DNA of 63,286 bases, filler included, from Bonamia ostreae (taxonomy: Eukaryota), in NCBI GenBank assembly GCA_040357525.1. It is 53 parts of 53 records of this genome, joined end to end, with 100 filler letters (N's around TTAATTAATTAA, not from the genome) between each part and the next. Parts side by side here need not be neighbours in the genome. Positions count along the whole stretch, not along the records: positions 49,103 to 50,194 come from JBDODL010002739.1; positions 50,295 to 51,385 come from JBDODL010002740.1; positions 51,486 to 52,576 come from JBDODL010002741.1; positions 52,677 to 53,767 come from JBDODL010002742.1; positions 53,868 to 54,958 come from JBDODL010002743.1; positions 55,059 to 56,148 come from JBDODL010002744.1; positions 56,249 to 57,338 come from JBDODL010002745.1; positions 57,439 to 58,528 come from JBDODL010002746.1; 45 more parts are not named here. One strand, 5' to 3'. Of the stretch, positions 49,960 through 62,008 are shown in pieces. The first letter of the stretch is position 1, and every line of letters begins with the position of its first letter. Made by a program: the position numbers and the translations under genes. The notes under the pieces were generated by a model. It was given only the letters and a program-made list of their open reading frames with translations. It did no database searches and was not told where the DNA came from.

Positions 49960-50194
49960 TCGTTTTAAATCGATTTTAAATAAAATTTTGTCGTTTTAAA
50001 TTGATTAAAATTAAAAAGTTGTCGTTTTAAATCGATTTTAAATAAAAAGTTGACATTTTAAATTTATTTTAAATAAAATATTGTCGTTTTAAATTGATTT
50101 TTATTAAAATATTGTCGTTTTAAATCGATTTTAAATAAAATATTGTCATTTTAAATTAATTAAAATTAAAAAGTTGTCGTTTTAAATCGATTTT
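49960..50194. repeat. About 30-bp intronic minisatellite abutting the VPS13 splice acceptor
   Basis: Repeated TTGTCGTTTTAAATYGATTWWAAATWAAA units run to the contig edge. Confidence 0.92.
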
Positions 50195-52676
50195 NNNNNN
50201 NNNNNNNNNNNNNNNNNNNNNNNNNNNNNNNNNNNNNNTTAATTAATTAANNNNNNNNNNNNNNNNNNNNNNNNNNNNNNNNNNNNNNNNNNNNGGGTAC
50301 CATTTTAATCTCATGCTTGATCTTGAAAATAATTCCAGAAAATGTTCATCGCTAACTGTTCTTCTAAATATCTTCCTATTCGTCTGTTTCTAATTCGTTT
50401 TCCGTATTTTCCACTAAATTTTCATTACAATTATAGTCACCCTTTTCAGTGTGACGATGCAGTTGGAAAGAGGATGCAAACATCAAACCACAATCTAGGC
50501 GAAAGGGATAAATTGTTTCGCTCTCACTTTGTTTCTTTGAGTCATCGCTGATGTCAGGGTGTAACTTCCCTTGTTCTAGATTTTTGCTGAAATATTAACA
50601 TGTAATCTCCGTGATTCCATCTTGGTTTGCTTTCTTTTCCTTATGCTGAATAACTTCTGCATAATGTAAGCATTACTCATGGTATGTGCACCATGGCTGA
50701 GATGCATAGTTCGGGGGGGGGGTCAACAAGAATCATATCTTCACGAGTTTATACCCAGTACTGTTTATACTATTCACATATCAAGGACGTATCTCATATA
50801 TCAAAGTAGATGAACACCTTTCTCTTTTTGGTTCTGGAAATGTTCGTGACATAGAATGCACTCAGTTGTCTTCAAATGCCAACCATCATATGACTCGATA
50901 CTGAGAAATAGATTATCTGGATCTGTACTTAGTCGCCATTCTGTTCAGTAAGTAAGAAATGAACGAGCTTTCGTATTGTTTTAGGTATAAAAACACTGAT
51001 GTAAAATATTCGTTCACAAAGTTGTAAAATTTGCTCCGAGGCCTCAACTTTAGTCCTTGGAACTATACATCTCGTTTTCTGGAGTATAAGGATGTCGGTA
51101 TCGTTGACTTCAGACACCGCAGACATGGGCGGCGGCAGACGCTCCAAATCAATGCAAGGAATTGTCCTTCTATTTTTCATTACTACATGCAGTTATACTC
51201 CGATACCCTATAAAATAAATTGAAATATTAAATATATCTAATAATGCATATAAGTGCACTTGCATTCCATTTATATTCCAATATCTTTTATCATTCATCC
51301 TCGACAATATACTTCAATTTCTCTCTTTGATCTCTACAACTCAATATGATCCAAGGTTAGCATTATTAAAATTTGACCTCAAAGGNNNNNNNNNNNNNNN
51401 NNNNNNNNNNNNNNNNNNNNNNNNNNNNNTTAATTAATTAANNNNNNNNNNNNNNNNNNNNNNNNNNNNNNNNNNNNNNNNNNNNAATTGTCTTCGCCTT
51501 TCATAGCTAATTTCCCCCCCATTGCTATTTTTTTTTTATTTTTTGACACAGAGTACTATTATATTAGAAATCCACGAAAGAAAACGTTAGGGATATTCAG
51601 AAAATTGCATTTAAACGGTCATTGACAAGAACTTGTACTTTGTAAGAAGATTAAAAGGAAAGCAATTTTTTTAAAAAGTGGGTTTTTAAAATTTTGTTTA
51701 AAAACGTTAATGTTTTGGCAGCTTTACCATGTTTCGAAAGGTATATGATACATAACATATTTAACCGAGAATGACAAATGGGTATCCACGTGACAGATGA
51801 AGCTGCACTCTAGCCTCTTTTACATTAATATTTCTCCTATTTCATTGCTTTATTCAGATGGTGTAACAATATATTTTGAATTGTTGCAAGATGTTATAAA
51901 TATTAAAACGTTTTGGATGGAGAAATCAAACACCTGCATCATAGAATATGTTTCAAGACGTTTGTCTTTATCCAAATAACAAGTGAATGTCTGCGTGACA
52001 TGTAACTTTAGACGCTCATTTGCTATTCAAAAGTTTAAGATGCTTAAGAAATAGTTTTAAATGCCCTTTTATCACAATGTCCCATCTCTAAATACCAAAA
52101 CGTATTCATTGTAAACCAAAGCAAAGCTGTAAAGGTTTACTTAGATTACAAACTGATATTTATTATGTAATATGTTTGTTATGGTTTTAGGAAAACCACC
52201 TGTTTCTTCGTTATTTTGAATAATTTAAAAGTTGAATTAAACAAACCAAGTAATCTTCACGTTAGAACATCCATATTTCAAACATTTTTAATACTTTAAA
52301 GATACACACAGTCGTCTCTCTAATTTCTCTCCATGAATTATAATTTGGGAGTCTTTTGTGTGATTCTCTTTAGTACATAGATAGAATATACACTGTTATC
52401 AGTTTACTAATGGCTAGCGACGTTGACATTTGGTTATTTTTGTGCTCTGGAACTCACTTCCAATCCATATTGGGAATCACACATTCAGTTTTAAATTTAA
52501 AACAGTTGTAAAACCAATCTAAACTCATTTTTATAACTGCGATTTTAATATTTTGAATGTATCTGGCATTTAACAANNNNNNNNNNNNNNNNNNNNNNNN
52601 NNNNNNNNNNNNNNNNNNNNTTAATTAATTAANNNNNNNNNNNNNNNNNNNNNNNNNNNNNNNNNNNNNNNNNNNN

Positions 52677-53348
52677 ATATAACTAAGGAATATACTAGTT
52701 CAACGGAATGGGTTCGGAAATATTGCCAACGATTTGAAAGACAGCACTTAAAAGTAGTTGTCTTTGGCAGGTAAAACTTAATTCATCATGCTTAAATGTA
52801 TAACAGATAAACATACGGTATGGGAAGCTTGAACTGTCCCCGTAACACGACTTTCATTTTCAATTGAATGAACAATGTATGCATATTTTTCTGATGAATT
52901 TTTCAAAGATAGCAAATAACGGTTCTTTTTAGATATATTATCATAAAAGCGTGCCTTTTTGTGAAAAAATAATAATAGTGAATTATTATTTGAATTATGA
53001 TTAAGACTGTTTAATTGAGAAAGAATCGGTTGACCCGATACACATTTACCCAACCGTTGTATCAATTATTCGTAAAACATATTTGATACCTTATTACCGA
53101 GGCTTCACGTCATAATTTGTTGTTAACAAACTAATGTAACGCATATCACGCTTTCAACATTATTGAACCCTGTATTTCACAGCACATCCAGTGGAAAGAG
53201 TACTACAATTAATGCTATTCTTCACAATACCATTGCACCAACAGGAATGGGACACATAACGAACTGCGTTTTTGAAATCAAAGGATCACACGGAAAAGGA
53301 AATATTTCTTTCAGGATCAATAACGACAATAAAGATTATAACATTGAG
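52677..53348 (+). CDS. Mitofusin/Marf-like dynamin-family GTPase, two exons (host)
   Basis: RQHLKVVVFGS|TSSGKSTTINAILHNTIAPTGMGHITNCVFEIKG versus mitofusin [24 protein letters not shown]...LPSGIGHTTNC. Intron 52771-53182. Confidence 0.85.
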
Positions 53349-53867
53349 GTAAACAATTCATGCAACTTTCACATCATGAATAATCTACAAACATATATTT
53401 ATTTTATATTCACTGGCATCATTGAAAGAGGTTTTGTGAATACTTGTTCGTGTATGAAAAGATGAAAATAACTAACAGTGGTCAATCCAACATCTCCTAT
53501 AAGGAACTCGAAATTAAGTGTTTGGAAAACATATACATCTGGATTAACCGGGGGAGGTGTAAATGTAATTGGAAATAAAATCTAAAAACTTGGGGAGATG
53601 GTTCATTCATTCGACTTTTTGAGGAGCACTTCTCATGACAGTCCGTAAACTTGAAGCTAGGTCATATGTTTCTCCAGGTCAATAAATTGATCAAAGGTAA
53701 ACGGTGAACAGAGGATGATTGCCCTCCCACACCCCTGATCCTACTTGTTATTTGTACATAGGTCCATNNNNNNNNNNNNNNNNNNNNNNNNNNNNNNNNN
53801 NNNNNNNNNNNTTAATTAATTAANNNNNNNNNNNNNNNNNNNNNNNNNNNNNNNNNNNNNNNNNNNN

Positions 53868-54680
53868 CTTATTAATCCCTTTATTGAAAGATTTAAAAGA
53901 TAAAATCTTTATCCCTTCTTCTGCCCAATCGGAAGAACTCTTGATAAAAAATGGCTTAAAGGTCGGTTGCTTGAACCAACATCCATTAATCGATGTCACT
54001 TTAGACGGCGTCGACAGTATTTTTGTCGAAGAAAATGTTGTTTTTAAAGGAAAAGGTTCTTATTTGAAGCCATTCAATTTAAGTTTTAAATCGTATTCAC
54101 AAACTAAAAATTTGATTTTCGATTAATTCAAAAATCGGAGATTCGATTACATAAATTATTTTTTAATGAGCTTTTATTGGTTAAAAATTTATTTTTTTAT
54201 CGATATTATTGTTGTATGAACAATTTGGAATTTTTTTGCGGTTAAAATCTAAATCACTAAATTTTTGAATTCGAAGGCGGTTGTTTTCTAATGGAAAAAG
54301 TTTTAATCGCAAATTCTAAAAAAACCATTTTGGTTGGAACGAGCGATAAAATAATCAAAAAAAGCGATTTGTCTAAATTTTCGATATCGATCGAAATTTT
54401 GCCAAAATGTCTAAATTCTTGTCAAAATTTTATAAAATCAAATTTTGACGTGCAAAACATGAAAACGCGTCAATCGGAAAAGAATAAAATCGGTTATGTC
54501 GTTAGTGACAATGCTAATTTTATTGTCGATGTCGAATTTCAGCAAACTTTTGACAAATTTGATCAGTTTCTAAAGTTTGTTGAAAATTTGGAAATGAAGC
54601 TTAATCAAGTTCCTGGCGTTTTCGGAACTGGCATATTTCTAGATATGGTGGATATTTTTGTCACTGGAGATTGTAAATGA
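53868..54680 (+). CDS. RPIA: Ribose-5-phosphate isomerase A, 5' truncated (protist)
   Basis: IPSSAQS, IDVTLDGVDS, FKGKGGCFLMEKVL, IEILP, VVSDNANFIVD and LNQVPGVFGTGIF. Intron 54056-54276. Confidence 0.9.
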
Positions 54681-54704
54681 ATTTTTGTTTTGGTTAAATG
54701 TGTA

Positions 54705-54860
54705 AAATTTGCAAAAAAAACGGAAAAAGATTATTTTTAATAAAATTTTTATAAAATTTGCAAAAAACGGAAAAAATATTATTTTTAATAAATTTTTTTT
54801 TAAAATTTGCAAAAAAAAACGGAAAAAAGATTATTTTTGATAAAAATTGCAAAAAGCGAA
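54705..54860. repeat. About 50-bp tandem repeat, three or more copies, downstream of RPIA
   Basis: AAAATTTGCAAAAAA(n)CGGAAAAA(n)ATTATTTTT is repeated. Confidence 0.85.
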
Positions 54861-57132
54861 ATAATTTAATCAAATTTTGTGTTTGTTCTTACGACTTCGC
54901 TGCGATTGAATAATCTAAATTTTTAAAATTTAATAAAAAATGATGTTGTACCTCAGAANNNNNNNNNNNNNNNNNNNNNNNNNNNNNNNNNNNNNNNNNN
55001 NNTTAATTAATTAANNNNNNNNNNNNNNNNNNNNNNNNNNNNNNNNNNNNNNNNNNNNTGTTTTCTTCACCTTTCATTGAATATTATCTAACATCCCATG
55101 TTTTAGCACAATTACATGATGTATTGATAAAAGTTATTTCGCATGGTGATAAGTATGTTTGCACACTCTATTTTACAAAATTAAATCGCTTGTCGAAAAT
55201 TCACTACAGTCTAGAAAATAAAGTAAACATTCTTTGAATGGAAATGGACAAAGTTCTTAAACACTGATTGAAATGCTATTTTGGCCACGTTCGAAATTTG
55301 CTTCTTCAAATATCGGTCAACAGTACTTTTACTTGAAGGCTACCATTGTTATTACTGCATTACTCTATATAAAACAACTTTCATTTGCTAAACATCAATT
55401 AGATTAGACATCACGTGGTACAAACATTGTTAACTTTTAAATAACTCGATCGGCCAAATGTTAGGGTTAGGGTTATGAGAGCGGAGTTGACCGAAAACCG
55501 AAAAACTGGCTAGCAAATATGGTACAATGCGGAGTTTATTTTTACTAATGAAAATTCTACTAGAAGTGATATTGCACATAAGCGTTTGAAAGTACATGTA
55601 ACTCTAAACTCAAATTAAGTATATCTATTATTCTGTACGTTGTTTAAAAAACCCATCATGCAAGTTTATATACATGTGTATATTTAAAACGTTTCTATGA
55701 ATATTATTGACCCCCCTCCCCAAGAAAATTAACTTGATCATCCATCTAGACAAAACGATGAATCAATTTACATGTAAGTATACGAGGCAAGTCAACTGAA
55801 TTTAACACCCTCACAGGTATCTAGAACGTTTCATAAATTCAAAATTTCAGGTATAAATATTCGTTCATTTTAAATGCTGAACTACTGAACTTCCTCATTC
55901 ATTCGAAAAATATAGGTCAACTGCAGCATATAAAACAAGTTTGATACTATGCAGCATTTCCGATGTTCTAAAATATGAAGTTATTTAGAATTTAACTGAA
56001 TTGTCTACAGAGATTCTACTATGTTACTTATCAAAATAGATCGATTGCAGCATCAGAAAATTCAGTACAGATTTAAAGATTAATTATTAGATTCAGTGGG
56101 TTATGCATTCCGCAACACATGCCGACTTGCTCGGGCATGCGACTGTTGNNNNNNNNNNNNNNNNNNNNNNNNNNNNNNNNNNNNNNNNNNNNTTAATTAA
56201 TTAANNNNNNNNNNNNNNNNNNNNNNNNNNNNNNNNNNNNNNNNNNNNCCCGGTCTCTGTTCATGTATATATACGATATCATTAAGTACAAACGTTGAAG
56301 AAAGTATCTTCCTGATTGTAGTGGTTTTCTTGATACATTTGTATAAACTTATCAAATGTTTTGATTATAAAATGGACTGTTTTCATCCCGGAATGGCCTC
56401 CAGGTCACGCAGGCGAATGTGATAGGCATTTCCTCTTGAACGTAGGTCATTTGTAAACAATGTGAATATAGATATAAAACTACTTTGTAAATATAAAACG
56501 TCTGATTTAAAGTTAGGGAATTCCGATAGAAATTGACGTAGAGTGTCAGTAGTATAACACGACTAAACAGGGAGGTCAAATGAGTGCAGTTTTGAGTACG
56601 GTCGATAGTGCAAGTGTCAGTGAATCCAGATGGCCGGGTGCCAAGTGCGGACGAGCTAGAGCGGCAGGTGTCGGCCAAGCAGACCGGATGCAAAGTGCGG
56701 TCGATAGTGCAGGTGTCAGCGAGTCAAGTTGGCTGGATGTCAAGTGCGGTCGAGTTAGACCATTATGGTGACGTCATCAATGCAGGAAATAAAGAACTAC
56801 ATGTTATTTTCCTAAGTTTTACCAGTGTTTTAAAAAATGATAAAAGTATTAGTTAAAGTTTACACTTTATTTTATTAAATAAACAATTAAAATTGAAAAC
56901 GTTTACACAAGTCTTGTCACAATTTTACACAGTTAAGGTCGATTAATAGCGGGGCGGAGCAGGTGTCAAGTGTAGGCCAGGCGTCAGTTGTAAGCCATGT
57001 ATAAGTTGAAGATGTCAGGTGGAGATCAGGTGTCAAGTGTAGGCGTGCCAAGCTGTCCTAGTGGGAAAGTGCGCTCGAGCTAGAGGGTTATAAAACCGCG
57101 ATACAGACGCCACGTTGTCACTTTGCAGCATA

Positions 57133-57338
57133 ATGCAGGATTTAGAGAGAAACATAAGGGAGCAACAATTGCGATATTTGCTACGACATATCCAGTTACA
57201 GAGAGCGCGTGGATTACAACTCCACAGACAGAATAGGGAGCTACGGAGAATTTTAGAGCAGGGTCGCAAAACAAAAGTACAAAACCAGCAACCAAGAATG
57301 TTAGTGTGGGAATACTATCGCATTCAACTGCATGAAAG
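57133..57338 (+). CDS. Unknown R/Q-rich ORF start downstream of a TATA box
   Basis: TATAAAA at 57089-57095, ATG at 57133, frame open to the contig end. Confidence 0.4.
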
Positions 57339-57438
57339 NNNNNNNNNNNNNNNNNNNNNNNNNNNNNNNNNNNNNNNNNNNNTTAATTAATTAANNNNNN
57401 NNNNNNNNNNNNNNNNNNNNNNNNNNNNNNNNNNNNNN

Positions 57439-58528
57439 ACAAAAACCTTTCATCAATGCTAGAAAACAAGATTCCATAATCTTCACAAACGCACATCGAT
57501 CGACAATATTTTCAATTATTTTAAAAGTTGTTTCATACTCTTTTTTAAGACTAGAATAGAGAATTAATTTTTTGTTATTTCTTTTGTACAAAATGTCGGT
57601 ACAATCGGAGAGGTCGTTGAAAATGGTTTTGTAACCGATAAAAAGAACAATTTTTTCAAATTTTTCTGGCATTATTGTTTGTCCAACTCTCTTTTTTTAG
57701 AAATTTATAAAATTTTCTGTTTAGCAAAAATCAATTTTAAACTTTTGACGTATTTAAATTTTCAAATTCGAGATCCAAAAGGGCAAGAAGAGAATCGATC
57801 GATTCTTTTGCAACAAAAATGGTCGAGGCGATGGCTAGTAATTTTTCTAAATTCAAATTTTTGTTTTTCTTCAAAAATTTCTCAACGTTTTTCAATTGTT
57901 TTTTCTCCTTTCTCGGGGAAAAGTTGATATAGAAATTTATGTAATCCATCTTTTTTAGTAAAAGAAACATTGAGAACAAGTGAAAAATGAAAAACATTGT
58001 CGCTCAAATCAAAGTTGAGAAACGAATTGATCAACAGTTTGTAGAGAGCCAAAGTATTTTTAGAAAAAATCTGCAAAGTGTTCTCCGAAAAAATACTTTT
58101 CTTGTAATTCGAAACGATGTCCAAAGCGTATTCTGTCAAACGATTGAACTCTTTTTGGATTCTTTTTCCTTCCAAAATAACTTTTTTCGGAGAGACATCA
58201 TTTTCGAAAATGTTTTTTTGTACGACTTCCAATTTGACGATCTTGTTCGAAATATCGTTCACCAATATTTTCTGATCTCTCGCGATGTGGTTTTTCAGAA
58301 TTAAGCCAGGTTTTAACAAAAAGGGTTCGAGTTCGCTGTAGAAACTCTTTTTCTGCTTTTTGGTTTTCCAGCTGCTCAATTTCAACAGATTGTAAATCTT
58401 TACGGAGAGAGAAAAGGTTTTTTTGGTTTCTTTGTTGGTCAGAACCAGTTTAATTTCTTCGAATCGGAATTTGTAGTATTTTAAAATTTCGATTAAAGGG
58501 CCCTTTGAATGAAATTTATTTTACAGAA
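57439..58528 (-). CDS. Unknown protein, spliced (protist)
   Basis: Three ORFs are joined in frame by GTT...AAG introns at 57950-57995 and 57691-57742. Confidence 0.65.
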
Positions 58529-58628
58529 NNNNNNNNNNNNNNNNNNNNNNNNNNNNNNNNNNNNNNNNNNNNTTAATTAATTAANNNNNNNNNNNNNNNN
58601 NNNNNNNNNNNNNNNNNNNNNNNNNNNN

Positions 58629-59299
58629 CTGTTCAATCGGCGCTGTTTTCGCGCCATTTTACTCGAAAAGCATTATTTATGTTCTTTACGGGAAAAGATG
58701 GCTGAGCTCCGGCGCAGACGTTCTTTTGATTTTTTATGTCATCTGCATCATCGTTTTTTAATAACGATAAAAAGCTAGAAGCCTTAAAAGGCATTTCAGA
58801 CGCCCTTTTGAACACTTTAACAAAGAACGAAGATGTTTTGGGCTTTTTTGTGACAGAAACGATATCCGATTTGATCGGAATTTTTACTTTCGTTGTTTTT
58901 GCGACGACTTACGAATTTGCTTACAAATCGCCGTTTCGCCAAAATCCCAAATTTGCGAAAAAAATTGGAGTGATGACATTAGTGACAGGAAAATTTATTG
59001 GGATTTGCATGCGATTGATGGCTTCAATCGCATATTCGGCTTGGTACTCGAAGCAGAAAAAGGGGGATTTTGGGAAAACAGATCAAATCGATTTGTTTAA
59101 AAAATCTCTGCCGCCTAAAGATTCAATGTTTATGTTTTTTGTCGTTTTTGTGATTTTGCTTTTGTCGCATCACAAATTCGATATTGGGAACATTGAAGAA
59201 AGATATTTGCGGCGAGTTTTTAGTCACTCCGTAGTGGGATTAGCTTGTCTTTTCTTTTGCGCCCTTAAATTCTATTCGGATTTTAATAAATTTTTATGA
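58629..59299 (+). CDS. RFT1: RFT1 (MOP/MATE-fold dolichol-oligosaccharide translocation factor), C-terminal part (protist)
   Basis: VFAPFYSKSIIYVLYGKRWLSSGADVLLIFYVICII|LEALKGISDALL...IGICMRLMAS...HSVVGLACL follows the RFT1 C-terminal pattern. 22-nt intron at 58753-58774. Confidence 0.72.
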
Positions 59300-61789
59300 G
59301 CTCATTTTTTAAGCTGTTTTTTTAATTTGATTTTTTAATAATGTACATTTAAGAAATATTGCTGACGATTTATAGAAGCTTTGTTATTAAATAATTACAA
59401 TAAAATAAAATTGTTTATATTTTATTGTAAATATTTAATATTGTAATGGAGATTGTAAAGAGCGCTATATTTGCAATAACAGCGGGGATTGTAATCGGAA
59501 TGTTCTTCTACAAAAATGAAAAACTAGACGACGACGGTTGCTAAATTTTGAATATTTATCCAGATAAAAATGACAATATTTAAAGACTTGACATTTGTCA
59601 GATCAATCGCTAGCTACGTCGCTTTGTGGATTGCTTTTGTCCTTTGTTTGATAAACAAAAAATGTGCAAATCGAAAATCCACTTTTTCGCCTGAAGAAAC
59701 AGCTCAAAAAAGTGAATCNNNNNNNNNNNNNNNNNNNNNNNNNNNNNNNNNNNNNNNNNNNNTTAATTAATTAANNNNNNNNNNNNNNNNNNNNNNNNNN
59801 NNNNNNNNNNNNNNNNNNGAGATTGATCACTGATCTTCATCTTCACTTTTTTCATTTTGTTAACAGTGCTGACTGGAAGTTAGGAGTAAATGGACATTTC
59901 TATATGTACATGTACCCACTTATTCCCTGCGTTTTATCTACCCAGATAGCATCAACTCTGTTTCATTCAAGAATTACAACATTTCTTAAGTAGGATTCTG
60001 CGAATTTTACAGGAAGGGGGAAGCGATTTATGTTGATACTGCTATAACTAATCATTATGTGTGATAACTAACCTCAAATATAACTATGTTCGACTGTTTT
60101 GTTGAATTGTTAACGATACGACTATTCTTTTTAATATTCGCTGGTAGTTGTAAAGTAAATATGTCGATACTTTACCTCTCTAATTCCGTTATAGTTCAAT
60201 GATATGACATATTGTGTTTGCTATATATTGCAGGAACTTGGAAATGAATAAATATTGGGTGCCGTAACTGACACATCTATACTCAGACGAAAATATAGAT
60301 ATGATTATTTCTGGTATATGAAATACTAAATTTGGCTTAACAATGGACATCTACTTAGCGACATGAATTCTGGCGACGTGATAACAGATTTATGAAATGT
60401 CATTTTTACTAACATTATATAATTCGGGTAACTTTAACATTTATCACATTTTTGGTGGCAACTATTTTTTTTCCGCAAAATCACTATTATTGAGGAGAGC
60501 GAACAAATGCGGAGTTCGTCCCGTCCGAACTTAAAGTTTACCCTATATACGGTTACTTCATCAGATCCGTAAATGTTAAATCTCAATCTGAATAACTTTA
60601 AATTGGATTAGCTTGATGATAAAGTGAAAACAATGAAGCGTGATTAATTAGATAAATCACGTTGAATGTATAACTAGGCATCCGTTGCTATGCTTTGCTT
60701 GACCGAGAAGCTGTGATTGTACATACGTTTCAACATTCTTTGTGTTTCAATGAAAACCAACGCTTTTGTCATCCATTAGATTTACGAGATTGATTACTGA
60801 CTGATCACTGATCATTTTACTTTTCCATGTGTTAAAACTGCCCCACTTATTTATTCGATTGTTAGGACCTTATTGACATATATTTCAACTACGGATAACT
60901 CCGTTTACNNNNNNNNNNNNNNNNNNNNNNNNNNNNNNNNNNNNNNNNNNNNTTAATTAATTAANNNNNNNNNNNNNNNNNNNNNNNNNNNNNNNNNNNN
61001 NNNNNNNNGGGCCTTAATAGTCAACTGAGTATCACACAGAAATCGTGCATATATAATGCAGTGTTGCACGTTGATGGTGCAAAGAATGCATCATTTTCGT
61101 TAATCTGAGAAGTGATCAATGAATATATTAAATGTGAGGACATCAATGAACATTGCATTGACTAAATAACTTTCGTACAAGGAATAAGCTTGTTAAAAGT
61201 AAGTTCTATGCAATAGTTTTGAAATTCTAAAGGGTAACTAACCGGATACAGATGATTGACAAAACCATCCCCAAGCGTAGCAGTGATTCACAGTGGAAAC
61301 AATTCAGAACATATGTTCATATTAAGATAATAAGTAAGCTGCAAAAGTTACAGAAATGAAGAAAAGGCAAACTTACCAAAGCACCATACTCTCAAAAGAT
61401 TACACTCACAGTATTTTGATAAAGTATTTACCTGCTGGCAATAAGTGCATTTCTTAAACACAATGTATATCTAAATCAAAACACCAAGCTTTTCAGGAAG
61501 ATGTATTGTAAATAATATTTATAAACTTTTAGGTTGCTTTCTGGTGCCAATGAATCAAAAGTTGCACAAAATAAGGTAGAATATTTGGAAGACTAAAGGT
61601 ATCTGATCATTAATTCCATACTGTTTAGACTAATGAGTGAATCTAAGACTTCCATGAAAATTTGGTATTTATATATAAAAGCAATTATAATATACTTGCA
61701 TGAATTGTTACAGAAGCAAAATTTGTGTAAGAAATAAGAAATAGTGCACTGTAGTTATCAAAAAATTTATTTGAATGATTTTGAGATCA

Positions 61790-62008
61790 TGTCTGTAAAT
61801 TCGCAAGATGTTATTTTTCTCCTGCTGAGATTTTAAAAGTTCCTCTCGAAATTTCTGCATTTTTTCTCTCTCCTTCTGTCTCTCTGCCTTTTCTTCTTTC
61901 ATGTACATTTGAAACCATTCTGCCATCTCTTTCCTCGATTAGTTCTTCTTTTTCTCCTCCCGACATGATCCATCCAATTCCTTTCTTTTCAGTTTCATCT
62001 GCATTATC
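61790..62008 (-). CDS. Coiled-coil terminal exon, possibly from a transposon accessory protein (host)
   Basis: WFQMYMKEEKAERQKEREKMQKFREELLKSQQEKNNIL; the frame is broken upstream. Confidence 0.3.

Noticed and set aside
55461-55475. TTAGGG telomere
   Set aside because: Only about 2.5 units, internal to the contig.
59446-59718. Second membrane-protein gene after RFT1
   Set aside because: The obvious 27-nt intron at 59537-59563 does not join the two frames, so I cannot give a consistent model.
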